From a virus: a stretch of DNA of 60,130 bases. Numbering within the stretch: the first letter of the stretch is position 1; the number at the start of each line of letters is the position of its first letter. Position numbers and translations under genes: made by a program. The DNA is taken from the IMG/VR virus record IMGVR_UViG_3300006854_000005, one strand, 5' to 3'. The notes beneath the pieces are model-generated. The model did no database searches. It was not told the origin of the DNA and saw nothing but the letters and a program-made list of their open reading frames with translations. Below, one piece after another: positions 7,963 to 14,901 of this stretch.

Positions 7963-8310
7963 TCAAGGCTTCTTCGCACCAAAGCGCCTCGCGATCTGTT
8001 CGACGAGAGCCTTGTCCGCCTCGGATAACTCAGGCCATCTACGGATGAGTTCGCGCAGCCTGTCGTCGAGCAGCGGGACAATTCCACTTGGCGGAGTTCC
8101 GCCGAGCGCAGCCACGATTGCAGGCCATTCGTACGTCCAGATTGCGGTTCCATTAAGGAGCAAGTAGAGATTCTGCCGGGTCATGCCTGCACGGCGTGCC
8201 AGCTCGGCGCGAGTCCACTTGCGATCTGCCAGCCGTCGCGCGATCCAGGCCTTGTCTTCCTTGGTCACGCGGTACGGCGTGCGTGGCGGTTGGTCCTTGG
8301 GGTCCGGCAT
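7963..8310 (-). CDS. CI-like repressor (XRE-family helix-turn-helix)
   Basis: Track ORF 7963..8391 trimmed to MPDPKDQ, with GAGGAAA 8 nt upstream. HTH segment WTRAELARRAGMTRQNLYLLLNG. Divergent from a Cro-like gene. Confidence 0.7.
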   Translation of the reverse strand: MPDPKDQPPRTPYRVTKEDKAWIARRLADRKWTRAELARRAGMTRQNLYLLLNGTAIWTYEWPAIVAALGGTPPSGIVPLLDDRLRELIRRWPELSEADKALVEQIARRFGAKKP

Positions 8311-8340
8311 GCTCGGATTTCCTCGGTAGCACAAGCAGAT

Positions 8341-8389
8341 GCCAAGTCGCCCTTGACTACTCGGACAAGTGTGCCTTACCTTCGTGGTC
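8341..8389 (+). promoter_or_regulatory. PR-like promoter with the same upstream box as PL
   Basis: GCCAAGTC (8341-8348), GCC, then CTTGACT (-35 TTGACT at 8353-8358), 18-nt spacer, TACCTT (8377-8382), then 7 nt to the cro ATG at 8390. No Shine-Dalgarno sequence. Confidence 0.45.
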
Positions 8390-8626
8390 ATGACTGATGG
8401 TCAGCGGCTGATGAAGTGGCGTCTCGCGCGTGGAATCTCACGCCAAAACCTGGCGAAGACCCTTGCGGTCTCTCGGCAGACGATCCTCGCGTGGGAGACC
8501 GGAACGTGGCAGCCGTCGGAGGAGCGATGGCCACAGATCGCGCGCGCACTCGGTCTGCCGGCCCCGAAGCAGCCCAAGCGGCTCGCACCGATTCCCGTGC
8601 CCCCTGCCACGCGGGTAGCTCAGTAG
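8390..8626 (+). CDS. Cro-like XRE-family HTH regulator
   Basis: Track ORF 8369..8626 trimmed to MTDGQRLMKW. HTH segment ISRQNLAKTLAVSRQTILAWETG. Divergent from the repressor gene. Confidence 0.7.
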   Translation: MTDGQRLMKWRLARGISRQNLAKTLAVSRQTILAWETGTWQPSEERWPQIARALGLPAPKQPKRLAPIPVPPATRVAQ

Positions 8627-8849
8627 CTCGAGGCATTCGTCGCCACCGATAGCCACGAGGTTTCAATGGCACAACGCCCGTCATTCGTTCAGCGCGCGTC
8701 CTCGGGACAGTCTGTCCGTATCCCGGACGCTCGCGCACCGATCCGTCCGTCCCATTCCGCGGCCCGCTCGTCGCTGCGTACACCGTCGAGCCTCGTCACC
8801 TCTCAGCCGATGCTCCGGTCGAGTGCTCACGCCCACATCTCCGGGCGCG

Positions 8850-8880
8850 AGTGCGGTGACGAGCGGGTCGCACTTTCTCT
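8850..8880 (+). terminator. weak hairpin plus T-rich tract (tR1-like candidate)
   Basis: AGTGCG (8850-8855) pairs with CGCACT (8869-8874) around a 13-nt loop, followed by TTCTCT. It lies in the 270-nt gap between cro and the RNA ligase gene. Confidence 0.25.
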
Positions 8881-8896
8881 CACCGTGGAGTCCTGA

Positions 8897-9982
8897 GTGG
8901 AAAACCTCGTCCAGCGTCTGATGTCGAGCCGCGCCGATTGGCTCGAGCACCTCGAGAACGACCTGCACATCTCGGTCGTGCGCGACGGCGACCTCGCCTC
9001 GCTCAAGTACAACCAGCTCGAGTCGCCGATGGCCGACCCGATGGTGCAGCAGTGCCGTGGCATGGTCGTCGACTGCGCGAAGCGGCGCGTGCTGGCGTGG
9101 CCGTACAACAAGTTCTTCAATCACGGCGAGCACCTCGCGACCCCGATCGACTGGGCGACCGCGCGTGTGCAGGAGAAGCTCGATGGGTCGCTGATGATCC
9201 TGCACGTGCGCGACTGCATCTGGTCGGTCGCGTCGAGCGGCCATCCGACAGCCGGTGGCTCCTTCGGAAGTGACGCTCGTACCTTTCGCGAGGCGTTCTG
9301 GAAGGTCATGAGCGACCAGGAGATCGACACCGACGAACTGGACGCGCGCGCCACGTACATGCTCGAGCTGTGCGACTCGCCGAACCGTGTCGTCGTCCGC
9401 CACGAGAAGCCACGCCTAGTACTGCATGGTGCCAGGTGGCTGGAGTCGGGCGAGGAGTTCCTTCCTAGCGCGCTTCACAACGCCGGCAACAGCGCGGGGC
9501 TCGAAGTCGTGAACGAATTCGGCATCGCTTCGATCGACCAGTGCCTGTCCGCCGCCGAGGCGCTCGACCCTCTCAAGCAAGAGGGGTTCGTCGTCGTCGA
9601 TGCCGAGTTCAACCGCGTCAAGATCAAGTCGCCGCGCTACGTCATCCTGCACCACCTCAAGGGTGAGGCAACCCCGCGGCGCGCGATCGAGCTGTGGCAG
9701 ACCGGCGAGACCGAGGAACTGCTCAACAGCTTCCCCGAGTTCAAGCCGGTCATCGAGCCGATTCAGGCGGACCTGGACCTGATCGCCGAGCAGTGCGTGA
9801 AGGACTTCGAGGAGAACATGCCGCGCGCGAGCCGCAAGGAGTTCGCGATGGCCGTGAAGGATCGGCCGTGGTCGTCGGTGCTGTTCAGGATGCTCGGCGA
9901 GGAGCGGCACGACGTGGAGACCGCGAAGGCGATCATGCGGCGCGGCTCGCTGCAGAGCCTGGAGAGGATGCTCGGGCGATGA
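8897..9982 (+). CDS. ATP-dependent RNA ligase (Rnl1/Trl1-like nucleotidyltransferase)
   Basis: 361 aa. Motifs: KFFNHGE, then motif I EKLDGS, motif III YMLELCDSPNRVV, motif IV EGFVVVD, motif V RVKIKSPRY. The GTG start could instead be the ATG at 8921. Confidence 0.8.
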   Translation: MENLVQRLMSSRADWLEHLENDLHISVVRDGDLASLKYNQLESPMADPMVQQCRGMVVDCAKRRVLAWPYNKFFNHGEHLATPIDWATARVQEKLDGSLMILHVRDCIWSVASSGHPTAGGSFGSDARTFREAFWKVMSDQEIDTDELDARATYMLELCDSPNRVVVRHEKPRLVLHGARWLESGEEFLPSALHNAGNSAGLEVVNEFGIASIDQCLSAAEALDPLKQEGFVVVDAEFNRVKIKSPRYVILHHLKGEATPRRAIELWQTGETEELLNSFPEFKPVIEPIQADLDLIAEQCVKDFEENMPRASRKEFAMAVKDRPWSSVLFRMLGEERHDVETAKAIMRRGSLQSLERMLGR

Positions 9983-10368
9983 AATCCGCCGCATCCCCCA
10001 AAAAGGTCCCCAATTCGGGGAGTAAATCCGGCGATCGGGCGGGAAACATCCCCAGGCGCGGTCGTCCGCTCGGCGCCGTCGATCGCCACGGGCGCGCGCA
10101 TCGAGCGCAGATTCGCCTCGGTACCACCGTGTGGCGCTCGTTCTGCGTCGCGTTCGGACGTCGACTCGATCAGCTGATGGCCGAGCGGGACATCGCCGCT
10201 ACCGAGTTGGCCGCGGCGATTGGGCAGCACGAGCAGTCGATCCATCAGCTGCGGCGCGGCATGCGGATGCCGCACATGGTCACGCTGGCTGCGATGAGCG
10301 AGGCGCTCAGCTGCGCGCTCGTGGACCTGCTGCCTGAGCAGGCGCATGGCGCGGGAGGTGGTGTGTGA
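9979..10368 (+). CDS. XRE-type HTH DNA-binding protein with basic N-terminal tail
   Basis: Track ORF 9694..10368 trimmed to MKSAASPKK (ATGA overlap). HTH segment IAATELAAAIGQHEQSIHQLRRG. Confidence 0.6.
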   Translation: MKSAASPKKVPNSGSKSGDRAGNIPRRGRPLGAVDRHGRAHRAQIRLGTTVWRSFCVAFGRRLDQLMAERDIAATELAAAIGQHEQSIHQLRRGMRMPHMVTLAAMSEALSCALVDLLPEQAHGAGGGV

Positions 10369-10733
10369 GGCGCTTCGTCTACTACATGGCGCACCCACTG
10401 GGTGGTGACGTCGACGTCAACATGAAGCGGGCTGGGCGATGGCTGTCGTGGTTGCGACGGACGTTCCCGAAGGTCACGTTCATCGCGCCGTGGATCGCTG
10501 CAGTGATGTCGGGTGAGAGCGACGACGATCCAGCGCAACGCGAAGCGGGGCTCGTCGATGCGGTAGCAGTCGTGGCCGTATGCGACGGCGTTGTCATGGT
10601 CGGTGGGCGCATCTCGTCGGGCATGGAGCGCGAGCGCCAGGCGGCGTCATGGGAGCTGGACCTGACCGACCTCGGCGATGAGCCGCCTGCCGACTTCGAG
10701 CAGTGGACACGAACCCCGGTGTGGTGGATATGA
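10365..10733 (+). CDS. DUF1937/DUF4406-like protein (nucleoside 2-deoxyribosyltransferase-like fold)
   Basis: 122 aa. Family-like pattern YYMAHPLGG..N..RA.., FIAPWI, CDGVVMVGGRISSGMERE. GTGA-coupled start. Confidence 0.5.
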   Translation: MRRFVYYMAHPLGGDVDVNMKRAGRWLSWLRRTFPKVTFIAPWIAAVMSGESDDDPAQREAGLVDAVAVVAVCDGVVMVGGRISSGMERERQAASWELDLTDLGDEPPADFEQWTRTPVWWI

Positions 10734-10984
10734 CCGCCTCCTACTTCGACCACCTGACCACGCCTCGCCACCAACACGTCCCCGACAGCGATGGCCTGTG
10801 CACGTACCTGCTGGTCGTCGACGGGGCGTTCGTGCAGTCACTGTCGCCCGTCAAGACGACGCTGTCGGATCTCGAGGCTATCGCGTTCCTGTGGCCGCAC
10901 TCGGAGGCGGAGAAGTGGTTCCGCGAACTGGTGGAGCGGTGGCCGTACCTGAGAGGCGCGCAGGCGGTGAGGGGTAGACCGTGA
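10730..10984 (+). CDS. hypothetical protein, 84 aa
   Basis: Track ORF 10703..10984 trimmed to MTASYFD (ATGA overlap). Confidence 0.5.
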   Translation: MTASYFDHLTTPRHQHVPDSDGLCTYLLVVDGAFVQSLSPVKTTLSDLEAIAFLWPHSEAEKWFRELVERWPYLRGAQAVRGRP

Positions 10985-11580
10985 TCGCGGCACTGTACGT
11001 CGAGCGGGGCGGCGTGTACTTAGGACTCGACGGCGTCGATCCGTGGGACGAGTCGCGCGATGCGAGGCTGTACGCTGGACCGTGGCCGGTCGTGGCACAT
11101 CCGCCGTGTGAGCGATGGGGGCGGTGGGCCGGCGAGATGGCGGGGCAGGACAACGGCTGTTTTGAATCCGCGCTGAGATCGGTGCGGACATGGGGGGGTG
11201 TGCTGGAGCATCCTGAGGCGTCGCTCGCCTGGCCGGTCTTCGGACTGATCCGTCCGCTTCGGGGCGGAGGGTGGTCGGCTGCCGGAGACGGCATCGGGTG
11301 GACGTGCTGCGTGGAGCAGGGGCACTACGGCCATCGAGCTCGTAAGGCTACTTGGCTGTACGCGGTCGCCAGCACTCTTCCAGCGCTAACATGGGGGCGC
11401 AGCGATCCAGCGATCAGGCCACGTCCGGGACGTGACCCGAAGCGAGAGCGCCGCATCGGAGCGGTCCAGCGGATGTGCCGCAAGGAGCGCCGGGCCACAC
11501 CGGTGCCATTCCGGGATGAGCTGCTCGCGATCGCGAGGTCCGCCGCACCACGACTTCCGCTCGCACTTGAGGCCGCATGA
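10981..11580 (+). CDS. hypothetical 199-aa protein with C5-pyrimidine-methyltransferase-like motifs (HPPC, LEHP, GHRARK)
   Basis: VVAHPPCERW resembles motif IV (PC), VLEHPEAS resembles motif VI (ENV), HYGHRARKATW resembles motif VIII (QxRxR), and RRATPVPFRDELL resembles the C-terminal motif. It is too short to hold a target-recognition domain. GTGA-coupled start. Confidence 0.3.
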   Translation: MIAALYVERGGVYLGLDGVDPWDESRDARLYAGPWPVVAHPPCERWGRWAGEMAGQDNGCFESALRSVRTWGGVLEHPEASLAWPVFGLIRPLRGGGWSAAGDGIGWTCCVEQGHYGHRARKATWLYAVASTLPALTWGRSDPAIRPRPGRDPKRERRIGAVQRMCRKERRATPVPFRDELLAIARSAAPRLPLALEAA

Positions 11581-11750
11581 CCAGCACCACCGCTCGCATC
11601 TTCTCGACCCTCCTCGTCGCGTTCGTCGTCGCCGTCTACGTCACGCTGTACGTCATCGCCGGTGCGTGGCCGATCGTGGCGCTGGCGGTATTCGGTGGGA
11701 TGTTGATCGCCGCGGCGGTTGGCGGGCTCAGATACGACGGGGCGCCGTGA
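11577..11750 (+). CDS. small two-helix membrane protein, 57 aa
   Basis: Below the track cutoff. MTSTTARIFSTLLVAFVVAVYVTLYVIAGAWPIVALAVFGGMLIAAAVGGLRYDGAP. ATGA and GTGA overlaps at its ends. Confidence 0.45.
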   Translation: MTSTTARIFSTLLVAFVVAVYVTLYVIAGAWPIVALAVFGGMLIAAAVGGLRYDGAP

Positions 11751-12511
11751 TCCACTACCACGGCGGACCCGTCACCCCGAACGACGCAGCGGTCACGCTG
11801 TGGACGCGGCGGCATGCGCTGGTCTCGTTCGAGGAGCAACGACAAGCAGCGCTCGCGTTCGAGATCGCGCAGACCGTGCTGCTCGACAACGGGGCGTTCT
11901 CGCTCTGGCAGGACGGTGGTGGTGATGTCGATGTCGCAGCCTACGGCGACTGGGTCTGCGAGTGGCACCTCCATCCGGCATTCGATGGCGCCATCATCCC
12001 AGACAAGATCGGCGGTTCGACGTTCGACAACGAGAAGCTGGTCGCGCGCTGGCTCCAGCATCCAGGTCGCCCAAAGCGTGGAATCCCAGTCTGGCACCTC
12101 GACGAGGACCTCGCGAGACTGCGTGATCTCGTGCACAGCGCTACATGTGGGATCTTCCCGGCCGTTGCGCTCGGCTCGAGCGGGCAATGGGCTACGCCAG
12201 GCACCGACTCCTGGTGGTCGCGCATGTCCGAAGCCATGGATGTCGCCTGCGATGAGCTGGGCCGCCCGAGGTGTCGACTGCACGGCCTTCGCATGCTGTC
12301 GCCGGCGATCTTCGCGCATCTCCCACTCGCGAGTGCCGACAGCTGCAACGTCGCTCGGAACATCGGGATCGACAAGAAGTGGACGGGCACATACGCTCCG
12401 CTCACGTCGGCGCAGCGAGCTCTCGTTCTGGCCGAGCGCATCGAACTTTCACCGGCCGCATCGGTCTGGTCGAAGCCCGCGCAAACCACGTTTTCCTTGG
12501 TGGCACCATGA
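11747..12511 (+). CDS. DpdA-like DNA/tRNA-guanine transglycosylase family protein
   Basis: Track ORF 11432..12511 trimmed to the GTG at 11747, giving 254 aa. LLDNGAFS resembles the TGT DSGGFQ catalytic-Asp motif, and ASADSCNVARN resembles the second Asp motif. Coupled (ATGA) to queE. Confidence 0.55.
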   Translation: MIHYHGGPVTPNDAAVTLWTRRHALVSFEEQRQAALAFEIAQTVLLDNGAFSLWQDGGGDVDVAAYGDWVCEWHLHPAFDGAIIPDKIGGSTFDNEKLVARWLQHPGRPKRGIPVWHLDEDLARLRDLVHSATCGIFPAVALGSSGQWATPGTDSWWSRMSEAMDVACDELGRPRCRLHGLRMLSPAIFAHLPLASADSCNVARNIGIDKKWTGTYAPLTSAQRALVLAERIELSPAASVWSKPAQTTFSLVAP

Positions 12512-13119
12512 CGATCTACCCACTCGCGAAGGACGGCGTGTTCTGGACCCTCCAGGGCGAGGGGCATCTTCGCGGCTTCCAGATGGCGTTCATCCGCCTC
12601 GCTGGGTGCTCGGTCGGGTGTGCTCAGTGCGATACCGACTATCGCGTTGATGACAGGGTGAGCGTCGACGGAGTCATAGAGCGACTCATCGCTGTGACGC
12701 CAACCCGATCGCGCGACCGGTGGGCATGGATCACCGGCGGTGAGCCAACCGACCATGACCTGACTCCGCTGCTGCGTGCGCTCCGGTCGGCTGGGTTCTC
12801 GACGGCGCTTGCCACGTCGGGCGTGCGCCGCATGATACCGCCCGTCGACTGGCTGTCGGTGTCACCGCACGGCAACGCGCTGGTCCAGCGCTATGGCAGC
12901 GAGATCAAACTCGTCGACGGACTCGGTGGACTCGACCTCGAGCGGTGGCACTCCGAGAACCCGGACGACTCCAACGACTTCATGTACCGCTACGTCCAGC
13001 CTCTCACGATCGGCGGGGTCGAAAGTAGGTCGTCGCTGCAGCGGTGCATTGACTTCCTGCGCACGCGCCCGAACTGGTCGCTGAGTCGCCAGGACCATCG
13101 GCACTGGAGCGTGGCATGA
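12508..13119 (+). CDS. queE: 7-carboxy-7-deazaguanine synthase (radical SAM QueE)
   Basis: Track ORF 12271..13119 trimmed to MTIYPLAKDG, giving 203 aa. Motifs FWTLQGEG, FIRLAGCSVGCAQCDTDY (CX3CX2C) and WITGGEP. Confidence 0.8.
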   Translation: MTIYPLAKDGVFWTLQGEGHLRGFQMAFIRLAGCSVGCAQCDTDYRVDDRVSVDGVIERLIAVTPTRSRDRWAWITGGEPTDHDLTPLLRALRSAGFSTALATSGVRRMIPPVDWLSVSPHGNALVQRYGSEIKLVDGLGGLDLERWHSENPDDSNDFMYRYVQPLTIGGVESRSSLQRCIDFLRTRPNWSLSRQDHRHWSVA

Positions 13120-13490
13120 CCCCCGCCTACCTCACCACCGGCGTGACGCTGGTCCACACCGAGCAACCATCGACGTGGCACGCACTCCGCGCCGCGTACC
13201 CGGGCGGACGCATCATCACGACCTGCGTGCTCGAGCTGCCGTACGCGAGGGTCAACGTGATGGTCGTGCGACCCGGTGAGCGGTTGCCGTCGAACATCTG
13301 CGGCGCCTGCAGGCGGCATGTGGAGATCGCGATGCACGGGGCGAGTGTTCCGGTCGAGGCGTCACGGGTGGCGACGGTGGATCTGAGGCGCCCGGAGCGC
13401 CCGAGGGCCAGAAGCGAGGAGTGGAGCGAGAGCGCCGTGCCGGAAGTGGTGATGGCGGAGATGACGAGCAGGGGCGCGAGGGCGGGATGA
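13116..13490 (+). CDS. hypothetical protein, 124 aa; last gene of the coupled cassette
   Basis: Track ORF with an ATGA-coupled start. Confidence 0.5.
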   Translation: MTPAYLTTGVTLVHTEQPSTWHALRAAYPGGRIITTCVLELPYARVNVMVVRPGERLPSNICGACRRHVEIAMHGASVPVEASRVATVDLRRPERPRARSEEWSESAVPEVVMAEMTSRGARAG

Positions 13491-13588
13491 TATTTTCCGC
13501 TGCAAGCGACCCTGAAGTTCTGGGTTGTCCTTCCACCCGACGACGAATCGAGATTGCCTCTCTCAGCAGAGCGTGGGACTGATACACA

Positions 13589-14530
13589 ATGGACTGGCCG
13601 AACGAGGAGTATGTGAAGGTCTATCGTCGAGAGACTGACGACGACCTCGTCCTTTCCTGGCAGGCCCGCGCGCTGTGGAAGGAGATGCTGGTCAAGTTCG
13701 ACCGGTCCGGTCTGATCGAGACACGCCGTGGCGCCCGCGGGCTCGCCGCGATGGTCCGCTGGCCGCTCGATGTGGTTGAGGTAGCACTGCCTGAGCTCGT
13801 GGAAGACGGCCGGGTGAGGCCGGTTGCTACCGGGTTTTTCGCCCCGAACTTCCTTGAGGCCCAGGAGGCGTCGAAGAGCGACAGGGCCCGACAGCGAGAA
13901 TCCAGGCAGCGACGTGCGTCGACCGCGAATCGCGCAGTTACCCCACAAATCTGTCACGACGACACGCCATCACGTGACCAGACGTCACGCGGCCCCGAAG
14001 CGCCGGACGAAACGTCACAAGTTGTCACTCTATCCTCTGCTGATCCTAACCCTCTGCTGAGCGAGCCTCGCGCGCGCGAGATCCCACCTACTGCCGTACC
14101 GAGTACCGGGTACGACGCAGAGAACCCACGTCAGCGTGGCGCCCTAGCCGAGAGCACGTTTGCTCGCGTGAGCGAGGCGAGACTCGATCTCGCCCGGGAA
14201 TTCGGGCTTCCTGAACAGCTGCCGTTTCCTACTGTCACCCCAGGGTCACAGCCACAGGCGTTCCGCGACCTATGCGACAGAGTCCGCGAAGAAGGCTCAA
14301 GCGCGCCCCTGGTGTGCAACGTAGTCGTCGAGTCACTGATCGCGGAGGCCCGTAGAACCAGAAGCGTGGAGTGGGTTTCCCTCAAGGCATTCTCTAGCGG
14401 GGCCTGGAACACAGCACGAGAGCGGGTGCCCGGCTGGAAGAAGTCTCGAGCCGGACCCGCATCGCTCCGAATCTCATCGCCGTCCGACGACCCCGACCTC
14501 AGCAACGACCCGTTCGCTCCACGCCCATGA
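13589..14530 (+). CDS. replication initiator/organiser-like protein (N-terminal winged-helix, low-complexity linker)
   Basis: 313 aa, directly upstream of and coupled to the helicase ORFs. The linker region carries iteron-like repeats. Confidence 0.45.
   Translation: MDWPNEEYVKVYRRETDDDLVLSWQARALWKEMLVKFDRSGLIETRRGARGLAAMVRWPLDVVEVALPELVEDGRVRPVATGFFAPNFLEAQEASKSDRARQRESRQRRASTANRAVTPQICHDDTPSRDQTSRGPEAPDETSQVVTLSSADPNPLLSEPRAREIPPTAVPSTGYDAENPRQRGALAESTFARVSEARLDLAREFGLPEQLPFPTVTPGSQPQAFRDLCDRVREEGSSAPLVCNVVVESLIAEARRTRSVEWVSLKAFSSGAWNTARERVPGWKKSRAGPASLRISSPSDDPDLSNDPFAPRP
13950..14060. repeat. iteron-like repeats inside the initiator gene (candidate ori)
   Basis: GTCAC at 13953, 13984, 14014 and 14024, inverted GTGAC at 13974, and the CACGTG palindrome at 13971. 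CCTCTGCTGA occurs twice (14034-14043 and 14051-14060). Local drop in GC. Confidence 0.4.
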
Positions 14531-14901
14531 TCATCTCCGACGAAATAACCGAGCATAGACTCATCGTGGCGCTCCTCACCGAGCCAGATGTGCTGCGCGC
14601 CGCCTCGATCGTCGAGACGCGCTACTTCACCGACTTCAGGTATTGGGTTGTGTTCGCGGCGATTCGTCAGCTCGAGACCGAGGGGGCCGACGTGAGCGTG
14701 CTGGATGTCGACGACGTGCTGGCGGTCCGTGATCGCACGTATCGCTCGTTCCTGCGCCCGCAATGCGGCGCCGCGTTCCTTGGCGATCTCGTGATCGACG
14801 CTGCGCCGTACAACGGCAAGCGCGTGCTGTGGGAGCACGACATGTGGTGGCTGCGCGAGCTTCGCCGGCGACGCGAGAAGTTGGAGGACGCTTGGCAGTG
14901 A
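14527..14901 (+). CDS. DnaB helicase N-terminal-domain protein (stand-alone)
   Basis: 124 aa. DnaB_N-like pattern E..L...LL.EP, F.D.R....F.AI..L...G..V. ATGA-coupled start. Confidence 0.55.
   Translation: MIISDEITEHRLIVALLTEPDVLRAASIVETRYFTDFRYWVVFAAIRQLETEGADVSVLDVDDVLAVRDRTYRSFLRPQCGAAFLGDLVIDAAPYNGKRVLWEHDMWWLRELRRRREKLEDAWQ

Noticed and set aside
8606-8685. tRNA-like string GGGTAGCTCAGT just after cro
   Set aside because: I tried to fold a cloverleaf. The D-stem closes poorly, no 5-bp anticodon stem forms, there is no GTTCRANNC T-loop with a paired stem, and there is no matching acceptor stem. It is not a tRNA.
8666-8896. 76-aa plus-strand ORF between cro and the RNA ligase gene
   Set aside because: It has lower third-position GC than neighbouring genes, no ribosome-binding site or coupling, and a Ser/Arg/Pro-rich composition. 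It is kept only as a question inside the leader-region finding.
13116-13490. Possible QueD/QueC/FolE identity for the cassette's unknown ORFs (10730..10984 and 13116..13490)
   Set aside because: None carries the CxxxHGH (QueD), SGGxDS (QueC) or GTP cyclohydrolase I Cys/His motifs. They are left as hypothetical.
13491-13588. Leaderless promoter upstream of the replication initiator, by analogy with PL and PR
   Set aside because: No -35/-10 pair with correct spacing to the ATG at 13589 could be found. The gap is AT-richer but is otherwise unassigned.
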